A stretch of DNA of 64,000 nt from Trueperaceae bacterium (GTDB lineage Bacteria; Deinococcota; Deinococci; Deinococcales; Trueperaceae). Location of the stretch: positions 4,520,498 to 4,584,497 of the forward strand of contig OZ243927.1 of the NCBI GenBank assembly GCA_965213925.1, written 5' to 3'. Both the position numbers and the translations under genes were made by a program. The notes beneath the pieces are model-generated. The model did not search any database and was not told the DNA's origin. It was given only the letters and a program-made list of their open reading frames with translations. Shown one piece after another: positions 9,354 through 19,229 of this stretch; position 1 is the stretch's first letter, and the number at the start of each line of letters is the position of its first letter.

Positions 9354-10570
9354 CACGCGACCTTGAGCGCCTCGATGGGCTTCATTCTTCCGGCTCTTAG
9401 GGCAGGTATAAATGATAAAACTGCCCCCAGTGCAACGGCGACTAAAATGACAATAAGCGCTGCTTCGGGCTGCCACAGCAACTGCTTTGTGCCGTACAGA
9501 TAGGTTTGTGCGAGCGGTCCCGTGAGAACAGGCATCATCAGCCCTGCAAACGCTGCGCCCAACACGCTGCCGACAAGGGAGAGCAGGGCGGCCTCGAGGC
9601 TGAACTGTCTACCAACTTGCACGCCCGTCGCGCCGAGTGCCCGGTTGAGCCCGATTTCGTGGGTGCGACGGGTCACCTCGATCAAGGTGTTCGAGAACAG
9701 CCCGACCGAGCTAACGATCAACGCGACAACACCGAACAGTCCGAGGATGATGAAAATGGAGTTCGCACCAGCAGGTTCGAAGGGGGTAACGATGAAAAAG
9801 TCGCGCCCTTCGGGGTTGTCCTGCACCATCTCATTGCCTTGGTAAAACCGCCGGACGGCGCTCAGCATTTGTGCCTGCGCCACCTCGCCCTGACCGGGTT
9901 TGGCTTTGACTAGCAGGGTTGCAAAGCCGCTGCCTCCATAACTCACACCACCCTTAGCCCAAACTGGGAAAACCACCCCTGGTGTCCCGTAGCTCGAGAC
10001 GACCGCAGGGTCTTCGATCAGTCCGGCGACGCGGTAGCGCGTTGACGACAGTTGCGTCCCGCTGCTAGGTGATACGTTGACCGCCATAACCTCTTGTCCC
10101 ACCGGGTCTATATCCTCGAAGATAGCCTTAGCTGCCGACTCGCTCAGTAAGACGACAGCCTCTTCCTTGTCTGCATCGGCTTGGCTAAACGCGCTCCCAC
10201 GTGTCACCTCCACATCAGCTAGGGAAAAATAGTTAGGCGTGGCATTAAGACCGTTCAAAAATCGGTAGCGCTGCCCGTTGTAGATAAGTTCGGACTCCCA
10301 TGTGTCAGCAGCGATAGCAACAGCCTCGACATCGTCCGTGAGGGTGAGCAGTTCTTCCAGATCGTCCGTGCTAAAGAGGTCATAGCTGGAACTCGAGCCG
10401 TCAGGGTCTTGCGAGCCGGTGCTCAGGTAGAACAGGTCCTCACCCAAACCGTCCTCCGGCGTCATGTAGGCGGACAGCGCCAGCGTCATCGCAAAACTTC
10501 CCAACACGACCTGGACAAGGGTCAAGAAGGTTTGCAGCGTCTTCGTTCTGAACCGCCTCAACAGGTGCAT
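9353..10570 (-). CDS. MacB/FtsX-like ABC permease, type B copy 2
   Basis: LTLVQVVLGSFAMTLALS, EIGLNRALGA, KPIEALK. Confidence 0.9.
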   Translation of the reverse strand: MHLLRRFRTKTLQTFLTLVQVVLGSFAMTLALSAYMTPEDGLGEDLFYLSTGSQDPDGSSSSYDLFSTDDLEELLTLTDDVEAVAIAADTWESELIYNGQRYRFLNGLNATPNYFSLADVEVTRGSAFSQADADKEEAVVLLSESAAKAIFEDIDPVGQEVMAVNVSPSSGTQLSSTRYRVAGLIEDPAVVSSYGTPGVVFPVWAKGGVSYGGSGFATLLVKAKPGQGEVAQAQMLSAVRRFYQGNEMVQDNPEGRDFFIVTPFEPAGANSIFIILGLFGVVALIVSSVGLFSNTLIEVTRRTHEIGLNRALGATGVQVGRQFSLEAALLSLVGSVLGAAFAGLMMPVLTGPLAQTYLYGTKQLLWQPEAALIVILVAVALGAVLSFIPALRAGRMKPIEALKVA

Positions 10571-11752
10571 TCAAACCTCCTTTAACGACTCGATGATGTC
10601 GGTGCGCGAGGCGAGCAGCGCCGGATACAGGGCGCATAAGGCGCTCAGCAGACACGCTGCACTTAAACCGATGACAGCAGCCGGAAAGGACAGGTGGACG
10701 AACAAGCTCTCAGCCTCTGGATTGGCAATGTGTAGGTAACGGTTGAACGCGACCAGTAACCCGTAAGCCAGTCCGACCCCCACAACCCCGCCTGCGAGCC
10801 CCAGCGTGAGCGAGTCGGTGAGGTAGCTCTGGAGGATGAGGGCGCGTGACGCGCCGACGCTGCGTAAAACCCCTATCCGCTTAGCTTGTCCTAAGACTCG
10901 GGCGAGCATCAGATTTACGACGTTGAAACCCGCGACGACCAGACCTACCGAGGCGAGCACCGCCACGATAAACTGGGCTGCTTTGGTCTGCGCGGCGAGT
11001 GCGTTGTCGCTGGCGGAGCGAACGTTCACCCGCTCCCCCCAGGTGGTGCGGACATAGCTCTCGAGCTGCGCCCTGGCTTCGCTCAACTTAGCCCTGTCGT
11101 CCACGACAAAGCTCAAGCGGTCTATCGGGTTAAAAGGATTAGCAGGAAAGGGAATCAGCATATTCGGTTGATTGCTAGTGGGGTCTTCCTCGAGTACCCC
11201 GACAATCTCGTAGCCTTCGATGCGTTGTCCGGTGGGGTCGCCTTCAAGGTCGGCAGCCTTAATAAGCCTCGAGCTGACTAGGGCAATTTGCTTCTTTTGT
11301 TCGTAATCGTCTTTGATGAACCCACTGCCCGAGCTGAGTTTGACCTCATTAGCCGCTAAATAATCCGGGGTGACACCGACTGCGTCGATAAACGCCATGT
11401 CTACCTCTATTGAACCCATAAACTGGGGCACCTCGGCGTAAGCGTAGTCCACGGCGGGGGCTGCAACTCTGGCTTTTTCAACGTCCTCCAGGGTAAAGCT
11501 GACGGGCTCGTCGTCGGCAGCGCCCAGCTTGACTACCGGAATAGGCACGGGACCCTCGTAAAAAGCCCTCCAGTCGTTCGCCCTCGGTGTAAGCGTAACC
11601 CGCCTGCCTTGGGATGACGCGGCAAAGTCACGGCTCGAGGCGGTGCCTATATCCAAAAAGGCTACAACTGCCGTCACTACGGCAACGCCGAGGGCGATCG
11701 CCAAAACGATCAGGATAGACTGTAAGGGTTGAGCGCGAAACTGACGAAACAC
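10571..11752 (-). CDS. MacB/FtsX-like ABC permease, type A copy 2
   Basis: PLQSILIVLAIALGVAVVTA, TWGERVNV, IGVLRSVGASR. Confidence 0.9.
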   Translation of the reverse strand: MFRQFRAQPLQSILIVLAIALGVAVVTAVVAFLDIGTASSRDFAASSQGRRVTLTPRANDWRAFYEGPVPIPVVKLGAADDEPVSFTLEDVEKARVAAPAVDYAYAEVPQFMGSIEVDMAFIDAVGVTPDYLAANEVKLSSGSGFIKDDYEQKKQIALVSSRLIKAADLEGDPTGQRIEGYEIVGVLEEDPTSNQPNMLIPFPANPFNPIDRLSFVVDDRAKLSEARAQLESYVRTTWGERVNVRSASDNALAAQTKAAQFIVAVLASVGLVVAGFNVVNLMLARVLGQAKRIGVLRSVGASRALILQSYLTDSLTLGLAGGVVGVGLAYGLLVAFNRYLHIANPEAESLFVHLSFPAAVIGLSAACLLSALCALYPALLASRTDIIESLKEV

Positions 11753-11756
11753 CTGC

Positions 11757-12989
11757 TCACGTTCCCTTCAAAGCCTCTACCGGATTCGTCCTACCCGCTC
11801 GCAGCGCTGGGAAAATCCCCAACACCAACCCTAGCAGCAGCGCCACCCCGACCACCAGCAGCGCCGCTAGCGGCTGCCAGCGCAGGTCGATACTCCAGAA
11901 GAGGTTGCTACCGACCTGACGCGCCAGCAGTGGGATGACGAGCGCGGCGAGGAGTACGCCGAGCAGCCCGCCCAATCCAGAGAGTAAGGTCGCTTCTAGC
12001 GTGAATTCGCGCACCACGCTGCCCCGTGTTGCGCCCAGGGCGCGTTTGATACCGATGTCGCGTTCACGCTCGAGCGCGTCCACCACCATAATCGAGAAAA
12101 TGCCGATCGAGCCGACGATTAAAGCCACGGTGCCGAACAAGCCGAACATGACGACGGTGGGGTCGAGTAGGTTCGAATTGAGACCGAAATCGGACTCGCC
12201 TAGCTCGCTGATGTAGAAGTCTTTACCCTCCTCAACGTCCATATCACGCAGCGTCGCGGCAAAGACTTGCCGGGCGGCGCCCACTACCTGCTCGCGCGCT
12301 GCCTCACCCTGCCCTTCTTTAGCAAGCACGTTGAGGGTGTCGATAACGCCCATGTCGCTCGAGGTCCAGCTAGGAAAGTAGACAAAGTCCTGGTTTTGAA
12401 CCTCAGCGGCGGTGCCCGTTCTCTCGGCAAAGGTGCCAATGATCCGGTAAAGCACGGGCAGCCCGGCGTCGCCCAAACTTTCGTCCGGCATGAGGCTCAG
12501 GCTTTGTCCCAGGGGGTCTGCGTCGGGAAAGAGAATGGCGGCAGCCCCGTCGGAGATGAGAACGACCCTTTCTTGAGCGTCAGCCTCCTGCTCGGTAAAC
12601 TGTGAGCCTCGCGTTACGCTGACGTCGTTCAAGTCGAAGTAGGCGCTGTCCACGAAAGCCCCCTGGTTGAACTGGTAAAGCCTGCCGTTCAGTTCAACTG
12701 TCGGGCTCCAAGCTTGCGCGTAGAGGGCGATTTCAACGTCCGGGACGAGGGTTAGGAGTTCGGCGACGCCCGCCTCGTCCATAACGCCGTAGGTGCTGCT
12801 CGAGCCGTCCTCGTCCCGGTACCCTGCAATCAGGTTGAAGCGCTCAGCCTGCGCCGCGTTTTGCCGCGCGTAAGCGCCCAGGTAAGCCGATAGCGCCAGC
12901 GTCATCGCCAGCGCGCCGAGCACGATTTGCAAAAGGGTAAGAACAGCTCTTAAAGGTTTTTTGCGAAAGCGTCGCAGGATGCTCGTCAC
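11757..12989 (-). CDS. MacB/FtsX-like ABC permease, type B copy 1
   Basis: PLRAVLTLLQIVLGALAMTLALS, DIGIKRALGA, NPVEALK. Confidence 0.9.
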   Translation of the reverse strand: MTSILRRFRKKPLRAVLTLLQIVLGALAMTLALSAYLGAYARQNAAQAERFNLIAGYRDEDGSSSTYGVMDEAGVAELLTLVPDVEIALYAQAWSPTVELNGRLYQFNQGAFVDSAYFDLNDVSVTRGSQFTEQEADAQERVVLISDGAAAILFPDADPLGQSLSLMPDESLGDAGLPVLYRIIGTFAERTGTAAEVQNQDFVYFPSWTSSDMGVIDTLNVLAKEGQGEAAREQVVGAARQVFAATLRDMDVEEGKDFYISELGESDFGLNSNLLDPTVVMFGLFGTVALIVGSIGIFSIMVVDALERERDIGIKRALGATRGSVVREFTLEATLLSGLGGLLGVLLAALVIPLLARQVGSNLFWSIDLRWQPLAALLVVGVALLLGLVLGIFPALRAGRTNPVEALKGT

Positions 12990-12990
12990 G

Positions 12991-14220
12991 CTACACGTCC
13001 CGCAGCGCTTCGACCGGGCGCAAGCGCGACGCCTGCCAAGCCGGGTAAAAGCCGAACAGCAGGCTGGTCAGAAGCGCGGTAGCGAAACCTGCGGGCAGCG
13101 CCAGCCACGGAAACGCAGCTATGAAGGTGGCGTAGTCGTCGCCGTAAACGGCGAGTTGATAGCGGCTGAACGCGCTGTAAAGCCCGTAGCCTGCTGCCAC
13201 ACCGAAAACGCCACCGAGTGCGCCCAGCAACAGACTTTCGTTCAAAAACTGCCACAAGATACTCGAGCGCGTCGCGCCCAAACTGCGCAAAATACCGATG
13301 CTGTGCCGCTGCTTTAAGACCCTTGCCAGCATCAGGTTCATGATGTTCAAGGCTGCCGCTGCTAAAGCGGTCGAGGCAAAAGCGGCGATGACGACCGCTA
13401 TCAACCTAAACTGTCCTTCGATATTCCAGTCGCCTAGCGAGGCGACCGTGACGCGCGCTCCCCAGGTCTTCTCGGCGTAAGCTTGCAATTCTGTTCTGGC
13501 TTGCACTAAGTCAGCCTGATCTGCCACGGCGAAGGTGAGTTCTTCCGCCGCGCCCGCGTCCCAGGGGGAGGGCGTGTAAGGCACGTAGGTGTTGGCAAAC
13601 CCGTCGGCACTGTATTCGTTCCCCTCGACAACGCCCAAAATGGTGTAGCTGTTCTCGCCATCAAAGTTCGAGAGCGAAACGCTTTGCCCTACCGGGTCAC
13701 CTGTGACGCTGAGCTTTTTAAGCGCCACTTCCGAGAGCAAAATAACCCTGCGCTTCTCCCTAAAATCGCTCTCGCTCGGTAAGCCACCCTGACTGAGCTT
13801 GACCTCAGCCGCTGCTAAGAAGTCCTGTGTCATGTCGGTGACTTCTAGGTCAAACGTCTCATTTTCCCGCTCAACTGTAAGGACGTTCCACCGCTGCAAG
13901 TAAGCATAGTCCACCGTCGGCGCGGCTTTTTTTGCAGGTGCTAAATCTTCCGGCGTCAGACTGACTTTTTTCTCGTTCGACAAGCCGACCTCGCGCACAG
14001 GAACGCTTTCACCGCCGTTATAAAAAGCGCTCCAGTCATTTTCCTTGGTTTGCAGGGTGATTTGCCGTTGCGACAACAGGCTGCTGTTCAGTTGCGCGTT
14101 GTACTGGTTGAAGGTTGCCGCGACCGCCGTCACCACCGCCACGCCGAGCGCGACAGCTAGGGCGATGAGCAGCGACTGGAGTGGGTAGGTCTTGAACTGA
14201 CGAAATGCAGCTAATGACAC
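12991..14220 (-). CDS. MacB/FtsX-like ABC permease, type A copy 1
   Basis: PLQSLLIALAVALGVAVVTA, TWGARVTV, IGILRSLGATR, RPVEALR. Confidence 0.9.
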   Translation of the reverse strand: MSLAAFRQFKTYPLQSLLIALAVALGVAVVTAVAATFNQYNAQLNSSLLSQRQITLQTKENDWSAFYNGGESVPVREVGLSNEKKVSLTPEDLAPAKKAAPTVDYAYLQRWNVLTVERENETFDLEVTDMTQDFLAAAEVKLSQGGLPSESDFREKRRVILLSEVALKKLSVTGDPVGQSVSLSNFDGENSYTILGVVEGNEYSADGFANTYVPYTPSPWDAGAAEELTFAVADQADLVQARTELQAYAEKTWGARVTVASLGDWNIEGQFRLIAVVIAAFASTALAAAALNIMNLMLARVLKQRHSIGILRSLGATRSSILWQFLNESLLLGALGGVFGVAAGYGLYSAFSRYQLAVYGDDYATFIAAFPWLALPAGFATALLTSLLFGFYPAWQASRLRPVEALRDV

Positions 14221-14468
14221 CTTAGAACCTCATTCTATTACCGAGATAAAAGCTGACACAAGCTAGGGATTGCTAGCCGCGAGAGGGGAGAATGCATCAC
14301 TATAGTCCTGGCTTGCCAAGCCGTCAACTGAATTTCGCAAAGGATGAAGACTCCAAAGAGGCGGCAAGAGGTTGAAGTTGGGGCGTATGAAGGTGCCTTC
14401 GAAAGGTGAAGCGTTCTTGCTGTAAACCTCGACACTAGGCTCCCTAGCATTGCTACGTAATTTATTAT

Positions 14469-14497
14469 ATAGTAATCCTAGGTAATGACATTGTCAA
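14469..14497 (-). promoter_or_regulatory. sigma70-type promoter for the permease operon
   Basis: Minus strand reads TTGACA-N17-TACTAT in an AT-rich patch. Confidence 0.6.
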
Positions 14498-14895
14498 GAG
14501 GTTTGGGTCATTTTTTCGCGACGTCAGTTAGATATTCCCTAATCGAAAAAATAGTTACGCCAAGCTCGAGTGTCCCGTTTACAGCTTTTGTGTAGATTCC
14601 TTAAGGTCGTCAGGAGCGTACGTTCTAACCCAGCTTAGCTCAGAATGACATGGCTTATTTTTTAGCTGACAAAGTATCAACTCTCCCGCGACGGCCGTCT
14701 GCTATCAGCGCGGCGGAGCGCTCGGGTAAGCCTCGAGACGCGCCACCTCGCGCGCCCGACCTACACTCAGAAGGTGTTACCAACAGGCTTACAACTACCG
14801 CAGGAAACCGCAGAGGTCTCTTCTCGTGTACGCCGAAGGATAGATCAACTGAAGGGTTTCGTACCTAACTGGCATCTGCTGCCAAGAGGTTACAG

Positions 14896-16065
14896 GTGAA
14901 TATCGCCGTACTCCTCCACAGCGGCGCGGGCGGCAGCGGCGTCGTCGCCACCGAACTCGGGCTCTGCTACGCGCGGATGGGTCACGACGTCCACTTCGTC
15001 GCGAACCGCGTGCCTTTTCGTCTGTCCGAAACAGAACAAGCGAACGTTTACTACCACCAAGTCGAGAGCATGTCGTATCCACTCTTCGACGCGCCTCTAA
15101 CCACCCTAGCCGAAGCCTCGAAGCTCGCCGAAGTCATCGAGGGGTACGGCGTCGAGGTCATCCACGCGCACTACGCCATCCCGCACGCGGCGGCGGCAGT
15201 CATGGCGCGGGACATGGTTCACGCCAGCCCTAAACCCGTCGTCGTCACGACCTTGCACGGCACAGACGTGACCTTGGTCGGGCTGGACCGAGCGTACTTA
15301 CGAGCGACGCAGTACTCCATCGAACGTTCCGACGTCGTCACCGCCGTCAGCCGATACCTAGCGGACTACACGCGCAGCGAGATGGGCGTAAAGCGCGACA
15401 TCATGGTCGTGCCGAACGCGGTCGACCACGCCCGCTTCACGCCGCGAGACTCTCCGGAGTTGCGCCAGCGCTACGCCCACCCGGACGAGAAGCTCGTCGT
15501 CCACGTTTCCAACTTCCGCCCGGTCAAGCGCGTGGAGGACGTGATTCGCACCTTCGCCCGCGTCGCCGAGGGGGTCGGCGCGCGGCTCCTCATGATCGGC
15601 GACGGACCGGAGCGGCAAAAGGCGCTCGAGCTAGCCGCCGACCTCAACATCGGCGGGCGGGTCTCGTTTTTAGGCTCGTTTCCGCGCGTCGAGGACGTTT
15701 TAGCCATCAGCGACCTCTTCTTGTTGCCGAGCACCGAAGAGTCGTTCGGTCTAGCAGCGTTAGAGGCGATGTCGTCGGGCGTGCCTGTGGTGGCAAGTCG
15801 GGTCGGGGGCATCCCCGAAGTGGTCGTGGACGGCGAGACAGGCTTTCTCTGCGCGCCCAAAGACACGCAGGCGATGGCGGCAGCGGCGCTCAAACTGCTC
15901 ACGGACAGCGCGCTGTATGAACAGATGAGCCGCGCGGCGCGGACGCGGGCGGTAGAACGCTTCAACGAAAACGAGGTCGTACCGCTCTACACGCAAGCTT
16001 ACGAGCGGGCGTTGGAGCGTTCAGACGCGCCGGAAGCGTCGCCGGCTGTGGCGAGCGGTAAATAG
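14896..16065 (+). CDS. bshA: N-acetyl-alpha-D-glucosaminyl L-malate synthase (bacillithiol biosynthesis)
   Basis: [51 protein letters not shown]. Confidence 0.93.
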   Translation: MNIAVLLHSGAGGSGVVATELGLCYARMGHDVHFVANRVPFRLSETEQANVYYHQVESMSYPLFDAPLTTLAEASKLAEVIEGYGVEVIHAHYAIPHAAAAVMARDMVHASPKPVVVTTLHGTDVTLVGLDRAYLRATQYSIERSDVVTAVSRYLADYTRSEMGVKRDIMVVPNAVDHARFTPRDSPELRQRYAHPDEKLVVHVSNFRPVKRVEDVIRTFARVAEGVGARLLMIGDGPERQKALELAADLNIGGRVSFLGSFPRVEDVLAISDLFLLPSTEESFGLAALEAMSSGVPVVASRVGGIPEVVVDGETGFLCAPKDTQAMAAAALKLLTDSALYEQMSRAARTRAVERFNENEVVPLYTQAYERALERSDAPEASPAVASGK

Positions 16066-17039
16066 GGAACGGCGTCCACCGAGAGGGTGGCGGGGTCGAA
16101 CGTGGGCTCAGCCAGTCCCACCCTCAGCCGCTCGTGCGCCGCCAACGCGATCATTGCGCCGTTGTCCGTCGCTAAGGAGAGGGGCGGCACGTGCACCTCT
16201 AGGTCCGTTCGGGCTAGCCGCTCGCGCAAGCGCCGGTTCGCCGCCACGCCGCCCGCGACGACGAGCTTTCGGCGACCCGTCGCCTCAGCCGCCCGGAGCG
16301 TCACGCTGACCAGGCTCTCCACCGCCACACGCTCGAAACTCGCCGCGACGTCGGCGCGGTCTATCTCGGGGTGCTTCTGCAAGAGGACGGAGACCGCCGT
16401 TTTAAGCCCACTAAACGAGAAGTCGAAGCCGGTCTGCGCGCGTAGCGGCACGGTGAAATCCACCGCAAATTCGTCCCCCGCTTCCGCGAGCTTACTCAGC
16501 GCGGGACCGCCCGGATAGCTGAGCCCCAGAAGCCGCGCCACCTTGTCGAACGCTTCACCCGCCGCGTCGTCGCGGCTGTGACCGAGCGCGGCGTAGTCGC
16601 CCCACGCCTCAATAGAGAACAGACTGGTGTGCCCGCCCGAGGCGATGAGGCAGAGAAAGGGCGGCTGCACGTCTCCCGAGCCTAGACACGAGGCGATGTG
16701 TCCCTCCAGATGGTGGACGGGCAAAAAGGGCAGCTCCCGCGCCCACGCCAGCGCCTTCGCGTAGTTCAAACCGACCAAGAGCGCACCGACCAGACCCGGA
16801 CCATACGTCGCGGCGACCGCCGTAACGTCGTCCAGCGTAAGCCCCGCTTCGCCCAAAGCTCGCCGCACGACCTCGTCTATGACCGAGAGGTGCTCGCGGC
16901 TCGCCTGCTCGGGCATGACGCCGCCGAAGGGCGCGTGCAGCGCCGTCTGCGAGGCGATGACGTTAGCGACGACCTCGCCGTCCTTGACAATGCCGACGCC
17001 CGTGTCGTCGCAAGAGGTGTCGATGCCTAAGATGATCAC
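15999..17039 (-). CDS. tsaD: tRNA t6A37 threonylcarbamoyltransferase
   Basis: [50 protein letters not shown]. Confidence 0.96.
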   Translation of the reverse strand: MIILGIDTSCDDTGVGIVKDGEVVANVIASQTALHAPFGGVMPEQASREHLSVIDEVVRRALGEAGLTLDDVTAVAATYGPGLVGALLVGLNYAKALAWARELPFLPVHHLEGHIASCLGSGDVQPPFLCLIASGGHTSLFSIEAWGDYAALGHSRDDAAGEAFDKVARLLGLSYPGGPALSKLAEAGDEFAVDFTVPLRAQTGFDFSFSGLKTAVSVLLQKHPEIDRADVAASFERVAVESLVSVTLRAAEATGRRKLVVAGGVAANRRLRERLARTDLEVHVPPLSLATDNGAMIALAAHERLRVGLAEPTFDPATLSVDAVPYLPLATAGDASGASERSNARS

Positions 17040-17173
17040 GTTTTTAAGCGTATCATTCTGACGGGGTTTCGACCGTTAAGGAAGCTCGTCAGCGGGTCAG
17101 CCAGTCAGCAGATCAGGAAAAACCTGAGGTGCTGACACGCTGAAATGCCTTTGAACTTCGGTAAACTGACGCA

Positions 17174-18307
17174 ATGACCTTCGCCGAAACCCTGCACGAT
17201 TATCACCGCTTGGAATCCCACTCCCTACAAAACGGGCGCTACATCACGAAGAAGGGCGTACGCGGTTACCCCGACGTGCATCCGGGTGCAGCGTTGATGG
17301 TACGCGCAGCCGACCTCTCCGTTAAGAGTGTAGATGACCTCACGGGCAGTGCGGGGTTCGTGGCGCTAGCGGCGCTCAGGCAAGGCGCAGAAGAGGTGCG
17401 CGTGGCGGAAAGCTCGAGAGCCGCGCTGCGCTGCGCCAAGGAGACGTTCGCAGATAGGGACACCGCGACGCTCCTCGCGGGCGCACCCTGGGACATTCCT
17501 GCTGAATCTACAGACCTCGTCTGTCTCCTGCCCCAAACGGACAAGGGAACGGCTCGAGTCCTCGCTGAATTTGCGGGCGCACACACTGCTCTAAAGCCGG
17601 GGGGAACGGCATTTTTCGCCCTACACAAAGACCAAGGCGCGAAGCGTTACGAAAAGCGAGCGGCGACCCTCTTCGGCGCGTCTCAAGTCATCGCAAAAGA
17701 GGGAGGGTGGCGGCTCTCTAAGGCGGTCAAGCGAGGGGTCGAAGAACAAAGCGTGCAGCCGCTCACCTTCGACGCGGCAGGGCTGAGCTTGGAGGCGTTG
17801 CCGGGCGTTTACGCGGCGGGCAAACTCGACCCCGGCACGGCGCTCTTGTTGGAGACCCTAGACCTCGCTCCGCTACCCGGACAGCGCGTCTTAGACCTCG
17901 GCTGCGGCTACGGGCTCTTAGCCCTCAAAGCCTCGCTCGCGGGCGCATCGGTCACAGCGCTAGATGACGACTTGCTCGCTGTGCGCAGCGCGCATCAGAA
18001 CGCTAAGCGCTACGGCTTGGACGTGCGCGCGCTCCACTCGGATGTCGATTCGGAAATCCTGGACGAGACGTTCGATTCGGTGCTCATGAATCCACCGTTT
18101 CACGTCGGCAAACAAGTCGTCATGGACGTGCCGAGGGCGTTTCTAGCCGCCGCCCACGAGCACCTGCGCCCCGGCGGAGCCCTCACGCTCGTGGCGAACA
18201 AAGCGCTCCCTTACGAACGGGATTTGGAACGGTGGGCGTCGTTCGAGACATTGGCGACGAATAAGCAGTTCAAGGTGTTAAAGGCAGTGAAAAGAGAAAA
18301 GGACTGA
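17174..18307 (+). CDS. rsmC: class I SAM methyltransferase, RsmC-like (16S m2G1207)
   Basis: Two MTase domains; LDPGTALLL, LDLGCGYG, MNPPFHVG; leaderless TAAACT-N6-ATG. Confidence 0.75.
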   Translation: MTFAETLHDYHRLESHSLQNGRYITKKGVRGYPDVHPGAALMVRAADLSVKSVDDLTGSAGFVALAALRQGAEEVRVAESSRAALRCAKETFADRDTATLLAGAPWDIPAESTDLVCLLPQTDKGTARVLAEFAGAHTALKPGGTAFFALHKDQGAKRYEKRAATLFGASQVIAKEGGWRLSKAVKRGVEEQSVQPLTFDAAGLSLEALPGVYAAGKLDPGTALLLETLDLAPLPGQRVLDLGCGYGLLALKASLAGASVTALDDDLLAVRSAHQNAKRYGLDVRALHSDVDSEILDETFDSVLMNPPFHVGKQVVMDVPRAFLAAAHEHLRPGGALTLVANKALPYERDLERWASFETLATNKQFKVLKAVKREKD

Positions 18308-18332
18308 GGACTGAGCTTAGAAGGCTTTTCCC

Positions 18333-19229
18333 TCAGTCTTTTTCTCTTTGAACTTCTTTGAGGGTATACCCCCCGCTCGGCTCGAGCCCCAGCACCCGCC
18401 CCCCTCTCACAAAGGTCTGCATCTCTCTTCTGACCTCCCGCGTCGCCTCACCCAGACTGATCGCCGCTAGCGTCGGCCCTGCGCCCGAGAGAAAGGCGGC
18501 GCTCGCGCCTGCGGCTAGGAGGCGCTTGCGGCACTCCGCTAAGCCTGGAATGAGCGGCTCGCGGTAGGGCTCGTGGAGGACGTCTTGCGCGGCGACGCGC
18601 AGCAGTTCGGGTTTGTTGAGGGCGACTGCGGCGGTCCAGAGGGCGGTGCGGCTGGCGGTGTAGATGGCGTCCGCCCGGACGTAGCGCGTCGGCAGGGCGG
18701 CTCGCGCCTCGCTCGTGAAGAGTTCGAAGTCGGGCACGGCGAAGCTGAAGTGCCAGTCGTTCGGCAAGGGTAGCGTCTGACAGAGATACCTTTCGTCCGC
18801 TCTCGCGCTCACCGTAAAGCCGCCATACACCGCCGGGGCGACGTTGTCGGGGTGCCCCTCGATGTCGGCGGTGAGCTGAAAGACGCCGTCCCGCCCCAAC
18901 CGCTCGCCCGTCACCGCGTCCGCTAGAGCCGCGCCCGCCACCAAAGCCGCCGACGAGGAACCGAGACCTCTCGCTAGAGGAATAGGATTGTGTGCCTCGA
19001 GCCTCACGCAAGGTGCACGTTCGCCCAGCGCCGCGTAGACCGCCCGAAAGCCTTGGTGGATGAGGTTGTCGGGCGTGTCAGGGACGTTGCCCTCGCCCTC
19101 GTAGATCAGGTGATCCTTAGAAGACGAGGTCGCGCTGACCTCGAGGTAGAGCCCCACCGCGACGCCCAAACAGTCGAAGCCGGGTCCTAGATTCGCGCTC
19201 GTCGCGGGCACGCGGACGCGCTCATACAT
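18333..19229 (-). CDS. thrB: homoserine kinase
   Basis: VRVPATSANLGPGFD, PLARGLGSS, EGHPDNVAPA, SGAGPT; start overlaps the nnr stop (TGATG). Confidence 0.95.
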   Translation of the reverse strand: MYERVRVPATSANLGPGFDCLGVAVGLYLEVSATSSSKDHLIYEGEGNVPDTPDNLIHQGFRAVYAALGERAPCVRLEAHNPIPLARGLGSSSAALVAGAALADAVTGERLGRDGVFQLTADIEGHPDNVAPAVYGGFTVSARADERYLCQTLPLPNDWHFSFAVPDFELFTSEARAALPTRYVRADAIYTASRTALWTAAVALNKPELLRVAAQDVLHEPYREPLIPGLAECRKRLLAAGASAAFLSGAGPTLAAISLGEATREVRREMQTFVRGGRVLGLEPSGGYTLKEVQREKD

